A stretch of 64,000 bases of DNA, from assembly GCA_963769025.1 (NCBI GenBank), contig CAVYKI010000009.1, positions 1,280,001-1,344,000 of the forward strand, in the 5' to 3' direction. This DNA is from an uncultured Verrucomicrobiae bacterium. GTDB taxonomy: Bacteria; Verrucomicrobiota; Verrucomicrobiia; Chthoniobacterales; Chthoniobacteraceae. This document shows, in pieces, positions 43,901-53,007 of the stretch. The position numbers and the translations under genes were made by a program. Every line of letters starts with the position of its first letter. The stretch's first letter is position 1. Under the pieces are notes generated by a model that had not been told where the DNA came from, did no database searches, and was given only the letters and a program-made list of their open reading frames with translations.

Positions 43901-44447
43901 GGTGCTCGATTTGCTCGAGGCGGCGGCACCGCGAAAGGATGCGGCGATTCAAAGGAAGCTCGCTGCATTTGAAGCCACGCGGAAGGCGGAGGATCCCCTC
44001 GCCCGGTGGCGCGAGTGCATCGAGGGCGGCGACTCGAAGGCGGGCAGAATCGTCTTCGCCGAGAAGGCCGAGGCCGCGTGCATGCGCTGCCACATGGTGA
44101 AGGGCGAAGGCGGCGATGTCGGGCCCGACCTCGCGGAGACTGGCAAGCAGTTCGGCCGCGAATACGTCCTGCGCAGCATCGTGGATCCGAATGCCGAAAT
44201 CACGAAAGGCTACGACAACGTGATGGTGACCCTGAAAAGCGGCGACATCACCGCGGGCCTGCTCAGCGCGGAGACGGCCGACGAACTCACGCTGAAGAAT
44301 CCCGCCGATGCGAAATTGCAGCGCGTGAGGAAGGCCGACGTGAAGGAGCGGGTGTCGCTCCCAAGCGCGATGCCGCCGGGAATGGGGGAGGTGCTCACGA
44401 AGCGCGAACTGCGCGACCTGGTGCAGTACCTTTCCGCGCTGAAGTGA
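40968..44447 (+). CDS. PVC-type membrane-bound-dehydrogenase-like beta-propeller + HEAT repeats + CxxCH cytochrome c
   Basis: Signal peptide, 'GHDMHG...GPDG', 'GLRNPQ', HEAT-like repeats, CMRCH, 'GPDL', 'SAMP'. Confidence 0.88.
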   Translation: MRPLIALLLTTALAYSADEVDTPKAPKKNDDRTPKGNAATQSPENAMKSFAVAPGLKVEVWAAEPLLENAVAFSFDDKGRAFVAVTNRRRTSVPDIRKFEAWQTENLSLRTVEERIAFMKAKMPESPVKKPKKPEEDINKDGQLDWRDWAVESEEIRIVEASTGAGGADKSRVLASGFNNLETGLGAGVLAMPDAGAVFTCAPDLWRIAPDGTKTKLATGFGVHVAYGGHDMHGVKMGPDGRIYFTIADCGAHVVSKEGKVIEHARRGAVFRCWPDGAGLELYAWGLRNPQSLAFNDVGDLFTGDNNADGGDKARWTHVVEGADYGWRIGWQFLPKLGAWNSEGMWHLDVAETNAAILPPVAHITHGPAGIAFYPGTGLPEKYRDHFFVADFPGGVRHFALKQKGASYEVDGMAGDDPILQNNSPGEMRGKLLWNLYPSDVQFPPGGGVCVLDWVYGWEKTGKGRIYRVHDPVVDASAAVQETKRLLAEGMEKRTPEELAKLLGHADQRVRVTAQFALVEKGEATALAQATLAANPKLMRLHGIWGLAQLAHTKPEVAKTLMPLAMDPDAEVRAQWAKFVGETHLKEETDLLIRLLGDKEPRVRFFAAQAIGGMKVRAAIPALFSALKENADRDPTVRHALVSALASCADFAQMAPFQSDPSESVRLGALLALRGTRCMDAARFLNDKSPRLRLEAARAIHDTPISGALPALAALDLDKVSTAPTQREPAKTTDTSKQKDAKAPKKSNDAALHKSEGPITRRVINANYRLGTAETARRLATISANSAIAESVRLDALEALAQWPVNLGRDRVLGIVVPGDGQRNAAEAAAALAPLVVTLLGENNDAIRIATLNAAGGNKLTAAADTITMLATNSNASGAVRAATLDALAAMESPKLGPLVTAMLESTDKTLAEGARRLAGKVSPAAAVKANAAVLGKGGIREQQQALATIAAETVAAADAVIAQQLDLLLAGKVKQGLVLDLLEAAAPRKDAAIQRKLAAFEATRKAEDPLARWRECIEGGDSKAGRIVFAEKAEAACMRCHMVKGEGGDVGPDLAETGKQFGREYVLRSIVDPNAEITKGYDNVMVTLKSGDITAGLLSAETADELTLKNPADAKLQRVRKADVKERVSLPSAMPPGMGEVLTKRELRDLVQYLSALK

Positions 44448-44507
44448 CGCGGGCGGCGCGAGGTGGACGATTGACGCCCGCCGCGCCGTTTGCTTCCCTG
44501 CGCAGCC

Positions 44508-44684
44508 ATGAAGTTCCTCTTCCCCGCCATTGCCGTGTTCCTGATCGCCGGTTGCAATTCCAACATGGTCACGCATCGGAGGGATTTTTCGCCGCCGAAG
44601 AAAAAGGGCCCGTGGGAGGATTACCGCAAGGCGATCCGCAAAGGCGAGCAGCCCGAGGCTCCGAAGGAACTGAAGGACAGGTAG
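44508..44684 (+). CDS. Small lipoprotein (58 aa)
   Basis: Lipobox IAGC; TTGACG promoter-like element upstream. Confidence 0.65.
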   Translation: MKFLFPAIAVFLIAGCNSNMVTHRRDFSPPKKKGPWEDYRKAIRKGEQPEAPKELKDR

Positions 44685-44705
44685 CCTCTGCCCGGCATCC
44701 GGCGG

Positions 44706-45692
44706 ATGGGGCGCGAAATTTTCACCAAGCCGGAGCTGGCCGCACTCGCGGCGCTGCGTGCGCGATTTCTCGACGGTTCGAATGCAGGCGGCGGCTATTG
44801 GAAAAACGAGGCGGAGCTTGCGCTCTACGATGGGAGCTTTGGCGAGCGCATCGGGTGGAAATGGGATGCGGTGATCTCGGAGCTGAAGTTGCGCGGATGG
44901 CGCCCCGCGGCGAAGCACGTGGTGGACTGGGGCTGCGGCAGCGGCATCGCCGGCAGGCGGGTGCTCGATGCCTGGGATGGCTTTGAATCGCTGACGCTCA
45001 CGGATGTCTCGATGAAGGCAATGCGGTTTGCCGAGGCGCGGGCGCGGGAGACATTTCCGGGGCTCGGCGTGCGAACGACGGCGAATGGAACGGCTGCGGT
45101 GGTGGGGTCGTTGCTGCTGGTCAGCCATGTGGTGAACGAGACGGATGAATCGGCGGCGCTCCGGCTCGTCACGGCGGCACGGCGCGCGTCGGAGATCATC
45201 TGGGTCGAGGCCGGCACGCATGCGGACAGCCGGAGGCTGATTTCCGTGCGCGAGGATTTGCGCGGGGAATTCGACATCGTCGCGCCATGCACGCACGCCG
45301 CGCGGTGCGGGATGCTCACGGCGGAAAACGCGGCGCACTGGTGTCACCATTTTGCAACCGTGCCGGCGGAAGCATCGCGCGACGCGCGCTGGGCCCAGTT
45401 CGGACGCGAACTGGGCATCGACATGCGCTCGCTGCCCTACAGCTTCCTCGTTCTCACGCGGCGGGACTCGGGTCCGGCGCATACGCCGGGCTTCTCGCGA
45501 ATCATCGGACGGCCCCGCGACGAGAAGGGGTATTATGACGTGCTGAGCTGCAGCGAGGAGGGCGTCGAGGAACTCGTGCTCCAAAAGCGGGACGCGCCGG
45601 CACTTTCCAAGCAACTGCGCAAAGGGCGCGCGGACCCCGTGCAGCGCTGGACGCGGGACGGGAGGCACATCACGGACGCGACGCCTCGGTAG
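44706..45692 (+). CDS. Rsm22/METTL17-like SAM-dependent methyltransferase
   Basis: 'DWGCGSG', 'SHVVNE', 'VEAGT', 'APCTH...C...WCHH...C'. Confidence 0.78.
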   Translation: MGREIFTKPELAALAALRARFLDGSNAGGGYWKNEAELALYDGSFGERIGWKWDAVISELKLRGWRPAAKHVVDWGCGSGIAGRRVLDAWDGFESLTLTDVSMKAMRFAEARARETFPGLGVRTTANGTAAVVGSLLLVSHVVNETDESAALRLVTAARRASEIIWVEAGTHADSRRLISVREDLRGEFDIVAPCTHAARCGMLTAENAAHWCHHFATVPAEASRDARWAQFGRELGIDMRSLPYSFLVLTRRDSGPAHTPGFSRIIGRPRDEKGYYDVLSCSEEGVEELVLQKRDAPALSKQLRKGRADPVQRWTRDGRHITDATPR

Positions 45693-45768
45693 TCCTCGGT
45701 GTTTTCCGGAAGCGCGGCAGAAATCGCACGGCTCTCGACACGGCGCGGCATCTGCATGATGGTGCGGG

Positions 45769-46909
45769 ATGTTCGTTGACCACATCCAGATTCACGCGCA
45801 GGCCGGCAGAGGCGGGCGCGGGACCGTTTCATTTCGCAGGGAAAAATTTGTACCGCGCGGAGGGCCGGATGGCGGCGATGGCGGACGCGGAGGGAGCGTG
45901 ATCCTGCGACCGGACCCGAACGTGGACAATCTCGTCGAGTTTCACTACCAGTCGAACCTGAAGGCGAAGAGCGGCGAGAATGGTGGCTCGAAGAATTGCA
46001 CCGGGCGCGCTGCCGCGGACGCGATCTACAAGGTGCCGGTCGGGACGCTCGTGTATCGCATGCCGTTTGAACGCGCTGAACCGGGACCTGCACCTCGCAA
46101 CACCACCTCGTTCCTGAACCTCGAAACGCTGACGGATGAGGAGGCCGCGAAGCTCGAATATCCGTCAGGCACCGCGCAGGAAAGTGGACCCGGAGGAGCT
46201 GGAACTCGTCGTGGATCTCAAGATGCCGGGCGAGGATTTCGTGCTCTGCAAAGGCGGCGATGGAGGCAAGGGCAACGTGCATTTCAAGAGCAGCCGCAAC
46301 CGCGTGCCGCGCGAGTTCACCGAAGGCACTGAGGGTGAGGAAGGCGTGTTTTACCTCGAACTGCGCAAGATCGCCGACGCCGGACTGGTCGGCTATCCGA
46401 ACGCCGGAAAGAGCACGCTGCTCACGCACATTTCCAACGCGCATCCGAAGATCGCTCCGTATCCCTTCACGACGCTGACGCCGCACATCGGCGTGGTGGA
46501 TCTGGCGAACTACCGGCGCGTCACCGTCGCGGACATCCCAGGCCTCATCGAAGGTGCGAACGAGAATGTCGGGCTCGGCCATGATTTCCTGCGGCACATC
46601 GTGCGGTGCAAGCTGCTCATCTTCGTGCTCGACATGGCGGGCAGCGAAGGACGCGAGCCGCTCGAAGATTTGCAAAAGCTCCGCAAGGAACTCGACCTCT
46701 ACGACCCGACCTTGAGCGAGCGTCCATGGATCGTCGTCGCGAACAAGATGGACCTCCCGGGTGCGAAAACGAAGCTCAAGCAATTCAAGACGCGCTACAA
46801 GAAGCTGGAGGTTTTCCCCGTGTGCGCGGAAAAATCCGAGGGCCTCGATGCGCTGACGGAAAGGCTCGGGGAGTTGATCCCTCACGAGGAGCCTGCAAGT
46901 GCGGAATAG
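45769..46909 (+). CDS. obgE: GTPase Obg/CgtA; one frameshift near 46170
   Basis: 'SFRREKFVPRGGPDGGDGG', 'GYPNAGKST', 'YPFTT', 'DIPG', 'NKMD'. Confidence 0.95.
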
Positions 46910-46963
46910 CGGTCCGCGCGTTCGTGCTGGAATTCTCGCAGTTCGCGGACATCTTTCCCGCCC

Positions 46964-47785
46964 ATGAGACTAGCCCTCCTCGCATTCACCACGCTCCTGG
47001 CAACCCAGACGGTCCGGGCAACCACGGCGTATGAAGCCCTGCGCATCCTCGGCAAACAGAAGAACGAAGCGCTTCTCGACAACATCATCGAGATGCGCGG
47101 CGACAAGGGCTCACCGCAGCCCCGCGTGTGGAAAATCATCGTGAAGGACGCCACGGCACGCGGCGGCGCGAGGGAATTCTCCGTCCAGGGCACGCGCCTC
47201 ACAGGCGAGCAGGCTGCGCAGACGACCGGCGCGCCGATGAACATGAGCCAGCTCAATCTCGACAGCGACGGCGTCCACACGGTCGCCGAGCGCGAGGCCA
47301 AAAAGGTCACCTTCTCCTACGACCACGCCAGCTACACGCTGCGCGCCGGGAGCAAGGGCGGATCGCCCGTTTGGGAAATCCGGCTCACCGACGAGAAGAG
47401 CGGCGGCGCAGCCTCGCTCCATATCGCTGCGACGACGGGAAATGTTCTCAGCTCCGAAGGCCTGGTGAATCATCCCAAGCCCGCGGCTGCAATTCCCGCT
47501 CCCGCTCCGCGCTACCAGCCCGAACCCGAGCAGCGCGACCCGCGGCCCGCACCCCAGGGTGTCGCGCGACGCGTCGAACCCGACAACCCCGAGCCGAACC
47601 GGTTCTTCGACCGCCTCGGAAATCACATGTCGCGCCGCGGGCGCCAGATCGGCGACGCGTTCCACAATCTCTTCACAGGTGACAATCGCGACAGCGCGGG
47701 ACCGCGCGATCCGCGTCCAGGCCCGCCGCCGCCGCGTGCGAATGACGACACGGACTACGTCCGCCCGAGCCGCGTCCGCGACTGA
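46964..47785 (+). CDS. Secreted hypothetical protein (possible PepSY-like domains) with Pro-rich tail
   Basis: Signal peptide, 'PVWEI...IAATTG.V'. Confidence 0.65.
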   Translation: MRLALLAFTTLLATQTVRATTAYEALRILGKQKNEALLDNIIEMRGDKGSPQPRVWKIIVKDATARGGAREFSVQGTRLTGEQAAQTTGAPMNMSQLNLDSDGVHTVAEREAKKVTFSYDHASYTLRAGSKGGSPVWEIRLTDEKSGGAASLHIAATTGNVLSSEGLVNHPKPAAAIPAPAPRYQPEPEQRDPRPAPQGVARRVEPDNPEPNRFFDRLGNHMSRRGRQIGDAFHNLFTGDNRDSAGPRDPRPGPPPPRANDDTDYVRPSRVRD

Positions 47786-47803
47786 GTCTTCACATTTCAA
47801 ACT

Positions 47804-48292
47804 ATGCTCAGCACGGTCATCGCCCTCGCCACGGCTGGCGTCGCGCTTCTCTTCCTCGAAGTGTTCCTCCCGGGAATCATCGCCGGCGTAATCGGCGGCA
47901 TCCTGCTCATCGCCGCAGTCGTCACCGCCTACCGGGACCTCGGGCCTGCGGCCGGGAACATCACGCTTTTGGCCACGAGTGCGGCCACCGCCGTACTTTG
48001 GTGGTGGTGGGCGACGAAATTCCAGCACACGCGCTTCGGCCGCAGGATGATGCTCGAAACCACGAGCACCGGCACCTCCCAGGCCGAGGGTCTCGCGCAA
48101 CTGATCGGGCAGACCGGAACCGCAGCCACTCCGCTGCGGCCCAGCGGGACGATCATCGTCGCGGGGACGCGCGTGGATGCGATCACCGGCGGTGAATTTC
48201 TCGAACCGGGAACGCCCGTGCGCATCATTCGCGCCGAGGGCTCCGGCGTCATCGTCCGCAGGCACGTCCAGCCCGATTCGGCAGCGGCGTAA
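47804..48292 (+). CDS. Short NfeD family protein
   Basis: 'LEVFLPG', TM helices, 'G.A.TPLRPSG' OB-fold C-terminus. Confidence 0.85.
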   Translation: MLSTVIALATAGVALLFLEVFLPGIIAGVIGGILLIAAVVTAYRDLGPAAGNITLLATSAATAVLWWWWATKFQHTRFGRRMMLETTSTGTSQAEGLAQLIGQTGTAATPLRPSGTIIVAGTRVDAITGGEFLEPGTPVRIIRAEGSGVIVRRHVQPDSAAA

Positions 48293-48320
48293 TCTGTCCT
48301 CCCTTCATCGCAGTCTCCCC

Positions 48321-48340
48321 TGCTCGCCAACGAGCACTAC
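48321..48340 (-). repeat. GTAG-footed short hairpin (REP-like)
   Basis: - strand gtag-tgctcg-ttgg-cgagca; same layout as 40846-40865. Confidence 0.4.
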
Positions 48341-48458
48341 GGAGCACGATGTGAAGCGCGGCCTCAAAAGCGGAAGGCTTCCCCTTCCGGTTCCTTCGCG
48401 CAGAGGATAACCAGTCACCCGCGCAGCATGCCCGGCGGGCACGCCCGTAAGCGATCGT

Positions 48459-49912
48459 TCAACTGATAATCCCTTTCACCCGCTTCGCCGCGTCCACGCC
48501 AGTGAGCCGGAAATCGAGCCCCTGCGAACGGACGGTGAGCCGCTCGTGATCGAGGCCGAGCTGATGCAGGATCGTCGCATGGATGTCGCGGACGTGGACG
48601 GGATTCTCGACGGCACCGAAGCCGAACTCGTCGGTCTGGCCGTAAACCAGTCCAGGTTTGAATCCGCCGCCGGCGAACCACATCGTGAAGGCATCGATGT
48701 GATGATTGCGCCCGGTGGACTCGCGCACCTCCCCCATCGGCGTGCGTCCGAACTCGCCGCCCCAGATCACGATCGTGTTGTCCAGCAGGCCGCGCATTTT
48801 CAGGTCGCGCACGAGCGCCGCGCTGGCGCGGTCAACGTCGGCGGCCTTCATCGGCAGATGCTTCTCGAGATTCTCCGTGGGCCCGCCGTGGTGGTCCCAA
48901 TTCGTGTCGTAGAGCTGCACGAAGCGCACGCCGCGCTCGACGAGGCGGCGGGCGAGCAGGCAATTCCGCGCGAAGCTGGTCTCCTTGCTGTCCTTGATGC
49001 CGTAAAGCTCGAGCGTCGCCTGCGTCTCGCCGCGGATGTCCATCAGCTCCGGCGCACTCGTCTGCATGCGGTAGGCCATCTCATAGGCGTTGATGCGTGT
49101 GGAAATTTCGTCGTCACCCGTCTCGACGAGCCGCTTGAGATTCAGCTCGCGCACCGCGTCCACAAGCTGCCGCTGCTGCGGGGCGGTGATGGACTGCGGC
49201 GTGGAAAGATTGACGATGGGATCGCCCTGGTTGCGCAACGGCACTCCCTGGTACGTCGTCGGCAGCACTCCGCTTCCCCACAGCACCGCACCGCCACGCG
49301 GACCGCGCGGCCCGCTCTGCAGCACGACGAAGCCCGGCAGATTGTCGCATTCACTCCCGAGCCCGTAAGTGACCCATGCGCCCATGCTCGGCCTGCCGAA
49401 AAGCCCGCTGCCGGCATTCATGAAAAGTTTCGCCGGCGCGTGATTGAAAAGGTCCGCCTTGCAGGTCGTGAGGAGGCACATCTCGTCCGACGATCCCCGC
49501 CGTGTGCGGCAGGAGATCACTCACCCACGCGCCGGATTTTCCGTGCTGCTTGAAATGCGAATTTCGATGCGAGCAGGTTCGTCCGGTGGCTGCTGTCCAT
49601 GAACGCGAACCGCTTGCCTTTCGTGTAGCTCTCGGGAATCGGCTTGCCGTTCAGCGCGGTGAGCTGCGGCTTGTGCTCGAAGAGATCAAGCTGCGACGGC
49701 CCGCCCGCCATGAAGAGGAAGATGACGTTCTTCGCCTTTGCCGGAAAATGCGTCGGCTTCGGTTCCAGCGGATTGCGCATTTTCACCGCGGGATTCGCCG
49801 CAAGTCCGCGCTCCTCCATCAGCGAGGCGAGCGCGATGGAGCCGACGCCCATCGAGCAGCGGCTGAAAAAGTGACGCCGCGTGATGTCGCGGAGGGCGTG
49901 TTCAGGATTCAT
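48459..49912 (-). CDS. DUF1501 protein (Tat signal); frameshifts near 49490-49560
   Basis: 'TRRHFF', 'AKNVIFLFMAGGPSQLD', 'WDHH', 'GEFGRTP', 'GRNH'. Confidence 0.9.
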
Positions 49913-50622
49913 GGCAGTTCGCGGATTCGGATTTTCCGGAAGTGAATGGGCGAGCCTTCGCTTTCCAGGCAGAGAAACCCCTTCGCGGGGACACAGCCGG
50001 TGCCTCCCGAAACTTCCTCGCCATTCACCCACAGGCGGACTTCGCCGTTGATGGCGCGGATGTAGTAGTGGTTCCATTCGCCGTGCCCTTTCGCGAGATG
50101 CTTGCGCGGGAAGCTGCGGCTGCCATCAGGCGAGAGCGGCGGGAAAGGTTTCATTTTCACGCCGACCGGAAAGACATCGCCATTCGTCCCGAACCAGTCG
50201 GTCTTGCCCCCGCCCGCCTTGATTTTTTCAGTGTACCCGTGGTCGAGGACCTGGACCTCGATGCCCTGCGGCAGCCCCGGCTTTCCGGCGGCGGTGAGCT
50301 TTTCGATCGAAGCCGGCGTGGCCCAGATGAAGACGCCGCTGTTGCCCGCCGCCTTCTGATGGCTCCACTCCACGACCGCCTCGAAGTTCTGATATTCCTT
50401 CACCGTGCGCAGGACACTGACCGGCTTCCCCGTGCATTGCAGCACGCCGTCCTTCCAGCTCCATGTGTCGTCGGCGCTGTTCACTTTTGTGAAATCCTCG
50501 GCGACGAGCGCCCGCCATCCCGGCTGGGTGTCGTCCATGAATGCACGCACGGGATCTTCCGCACGGAGGACGGCCACTTGGAGAAGAAGGACTGCAAGGA
50601 GGGTGAGGTGCGTGGTGTTCAT
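49909..50622 (-). CDS. Secreted DUF1080 (3-keto-glycoside hydrolase-like) protein
   Basis: 'GNSGVF', 'GIEVQVLD', 'GEWN', 'G.LCLESEG..I.FR.I'. Confidence 0.88.
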   Translation of the reverse strand: MNTTHLTLLAVLLLQVAVLRAEDPVRAFMDDTQPGWRALVAEDFTKVNSADDTWSWKDGVLQCTGKPVSVLRTVKEYQNFEAVVEWSHQKAAGNSGVFIWATPASIEKLTAAGKPGLPQGIEVQVLDHGYTEKIKAGGGKTDWFGTNGDVFPVGVKMKPFPPLSPDGSRSFPRKHLAKGHGEWNHYYIRAINGEVRLWVNGEEVSGGTGCVPAKGFLCLESEGSPIHFRKIRIRELP

Positions 50623-50629
50623 TGGAGGG

Positions 50630-53000
50630 CTATTCTCGCGTGAGGGTTTCGTCGAGGTTCAGGAGCGCACGCGCGGCGTTGAGCGTGTCGAGTTTCTGGA
50701 GGATTGCGAGTTCCCCAGCCTTCGGCGCGCGGCTCGTGCAGCGGCGGAATGCGGCCTCCAGTCCGTCCTTGCGGATGATTTTCTCCAGCGCCGTCGCGAA
50801 CTCGAAGAAGCCGGCTGTCGTTCATCAGCGTGAGCGCCTGGAGCGGCGTGTTGCTGCGGATGCGGCGCGTGCAGGAGCTGAAGCCGTCCGGCGCGTCGAA
50901 GACATTCAGCGACGGCGGCGGCGAGGCGCGATAGATGAATGTGTAGAGCCCGCGCCGGTACTTGTCCTCGCCCTTGCTCACGGTCCACGCGCGCTTCACC
51001 TGGCCCACGCCCATCACGCCATCCGGGATCGGCGGATACACGGGCGGGCCGCCGAGCTTTTGCGAAAGGAGTCCGCTCGCGGAGAGCGCGACATCGCGCA
51101 CGATCTCCGCGTCGAGACGCAGGCGCGTCTGCCGCGCGAGCAGGTAGTTCTCCGGATCCTTCTCGCGCAGGTCAGGTCGCTGCGCAGAACTCTGCCGGTA
51201 AGTGGCCGAGGTCACGATGACCCGGTGCAGCTCCTTGAGGCTCCATTTTTTCGCGGCGAACTCCGTCGCGAGCCAGTCGAGCAGTTCGGGATGCGACGGC
51301 AGAGTGCCCTGCATTCCGAAATCATTTTCCGTCTCGACGATGCCGCGCCCGAAATACTGCTGCCACACCCGGTTCACGATCACGCGCGCGGTGAGCGGAT
51401 TTTTCGGGCTCATGATCCAGCGCGCGAGATCCAGCCTCGTCGGCTGGGCATCCGTCGTTTCAAGGGCGTGCAGCACCGCCGGAGTGCCGGGAGTCACCTC
51501 ATCCGCCGGTCGCGTGAAGTCGCCCTTGATGAAGACGGTCGTCTTCCGCGGCTTCGGCAGCTCTTTCATCACCATTGTCGTGGTCCCGCTGTTGAGGAGC
51601 GAATCGAGTTCGGTGTAGCGGTCATCGAGGATGCGGAACTCATCGCTGGGATTCACGATGACCGAAAAGAGCGTCCGCTTGTGCTCCAGCGTCCGCTTTG
51701 CCGCGGGTACTGCCAGCGCCTTCTTCACGCCGCCCGTGGTCGTTTTCCGAAACTCCGGCGTGAGCCCGGATTCCCAGGCCGCGATCTCGTCGTTCCGCCG
51801 CTCCAGCAGGGCGGCGAGTTTGCCCTCCACGTTCTTCAGCTCCGCGGTGAGCGCATTCACGTCCACCGTCGGATCGAGGACCTTCATCGTCGGCTCGTCC
51901 TGATTGTTCAAAAACGCGAACAGGCGGTAATATTCCTTCTGCGCGATGGGATCGAACTTGTGATCGTGACACTGCGCACAGCCTACGCTCAGCCCGAGCC
52001 ACACCGTCCCCGTCGTCGCCACGCGGTCGAACACGCTGTCGATGCGGAACTGCTCCTTGTCGATGCCGCCTTCCTGATTGATCTGCGTGTTGCGATGAAA
52101 CCCCGTCGCGATCTTTTGCGCCTCGCTCGCATTCGGCAGCAGATCGCCCGCGAGCTGCTCGATGGTAAACTGATCGAACGGCATGTCCGCATTCAGCGCG
52201 CCGACGACCCAGTCGCGGAATTTCCAAATCTGCCGCGGTGCATCAATCGAGTAGCCGTTGCTGTCCGCATAGCGCGCCTGATCGAGCCACCAGCGCCCCC
52301 AGCGTTCGCCGTAGTGCGGACTCGCGAGCAGGCGATCCACGAGTGCGCGATACGCCCCCTCCGCGTCCTTCGCCGAAGCGTTCACAAACGCATCCACCTC
52401 CTCCGTGGTCGGCGGAAGCCCCGTGAGGTCGAGCGACACGCGGCGGATGCGCGTCGCCGCGTCGGCGAGCGGTGAAGGCGCGAGCTTTTCAATGGCCAGC
52501 CGGGCCTGGACAAAGCGGTCCACCGGATGTGAAGCGCCGGGAATCTCCGGTGGTGCGCTGCGCTTCGGCGGCTCGAATGCCCAGTGCCTCTCATATGTCG
52601 CTCCCTGCTCGATCCATCGCTTCAGCGTCTCCTTCTGTTCTGCCGTCAGCTTCTTCTTCGATTTCACCGGCGGCATCAGGTCGTCCTCGTCGTGCGTGTT
52701 GATGCGCTTCATCACTTCGCTCTCGTCCGGCTTGCCGGGGACGATCGCCGCGTAGCCACCGAGATCCGCGACCGCAGCTTCGCGCACATCGAGCCGCAGC
52801 TTCGCCTCGCGGTGCTCCTCATCCGGGCCGTGGCAGTAGTAGCAGTTGTTCGAGAGGATCGGGCGGACGTGCGTGTTGAAGCTGACCTTGTCCGCCGCGG
52901 TGGCACCGGTCGCGGCGCCCGCGAAAGCGCAAGCTGCCATCGTGAGGAGCGTCCGCGCATTCAGGAGCACGGCGAATGAAGCTGGGGAACGGTTTGGCAT
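50630..53000 (-). CDS. Planctomycete-type cytochrome c + DUF1549 + DUF1553 protein; frameshift near 50815
   Basis: CYYCH, 'HYGERW', CAQCH, 'ARVIVNRVW', 'RLDAEIVRD', 'TPLQALTLMN'; corrected end LLNLDETLTRE*. Confidence 0.9.
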
Positions 53001-53007
53001 TTCAGAA

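Noticed and set aside
44770..44790. GGTTCGAAT T-loop-like motif
   Set aside because: It lies inside a CDS and has no cloverleaf context, so it is not a tRNA.
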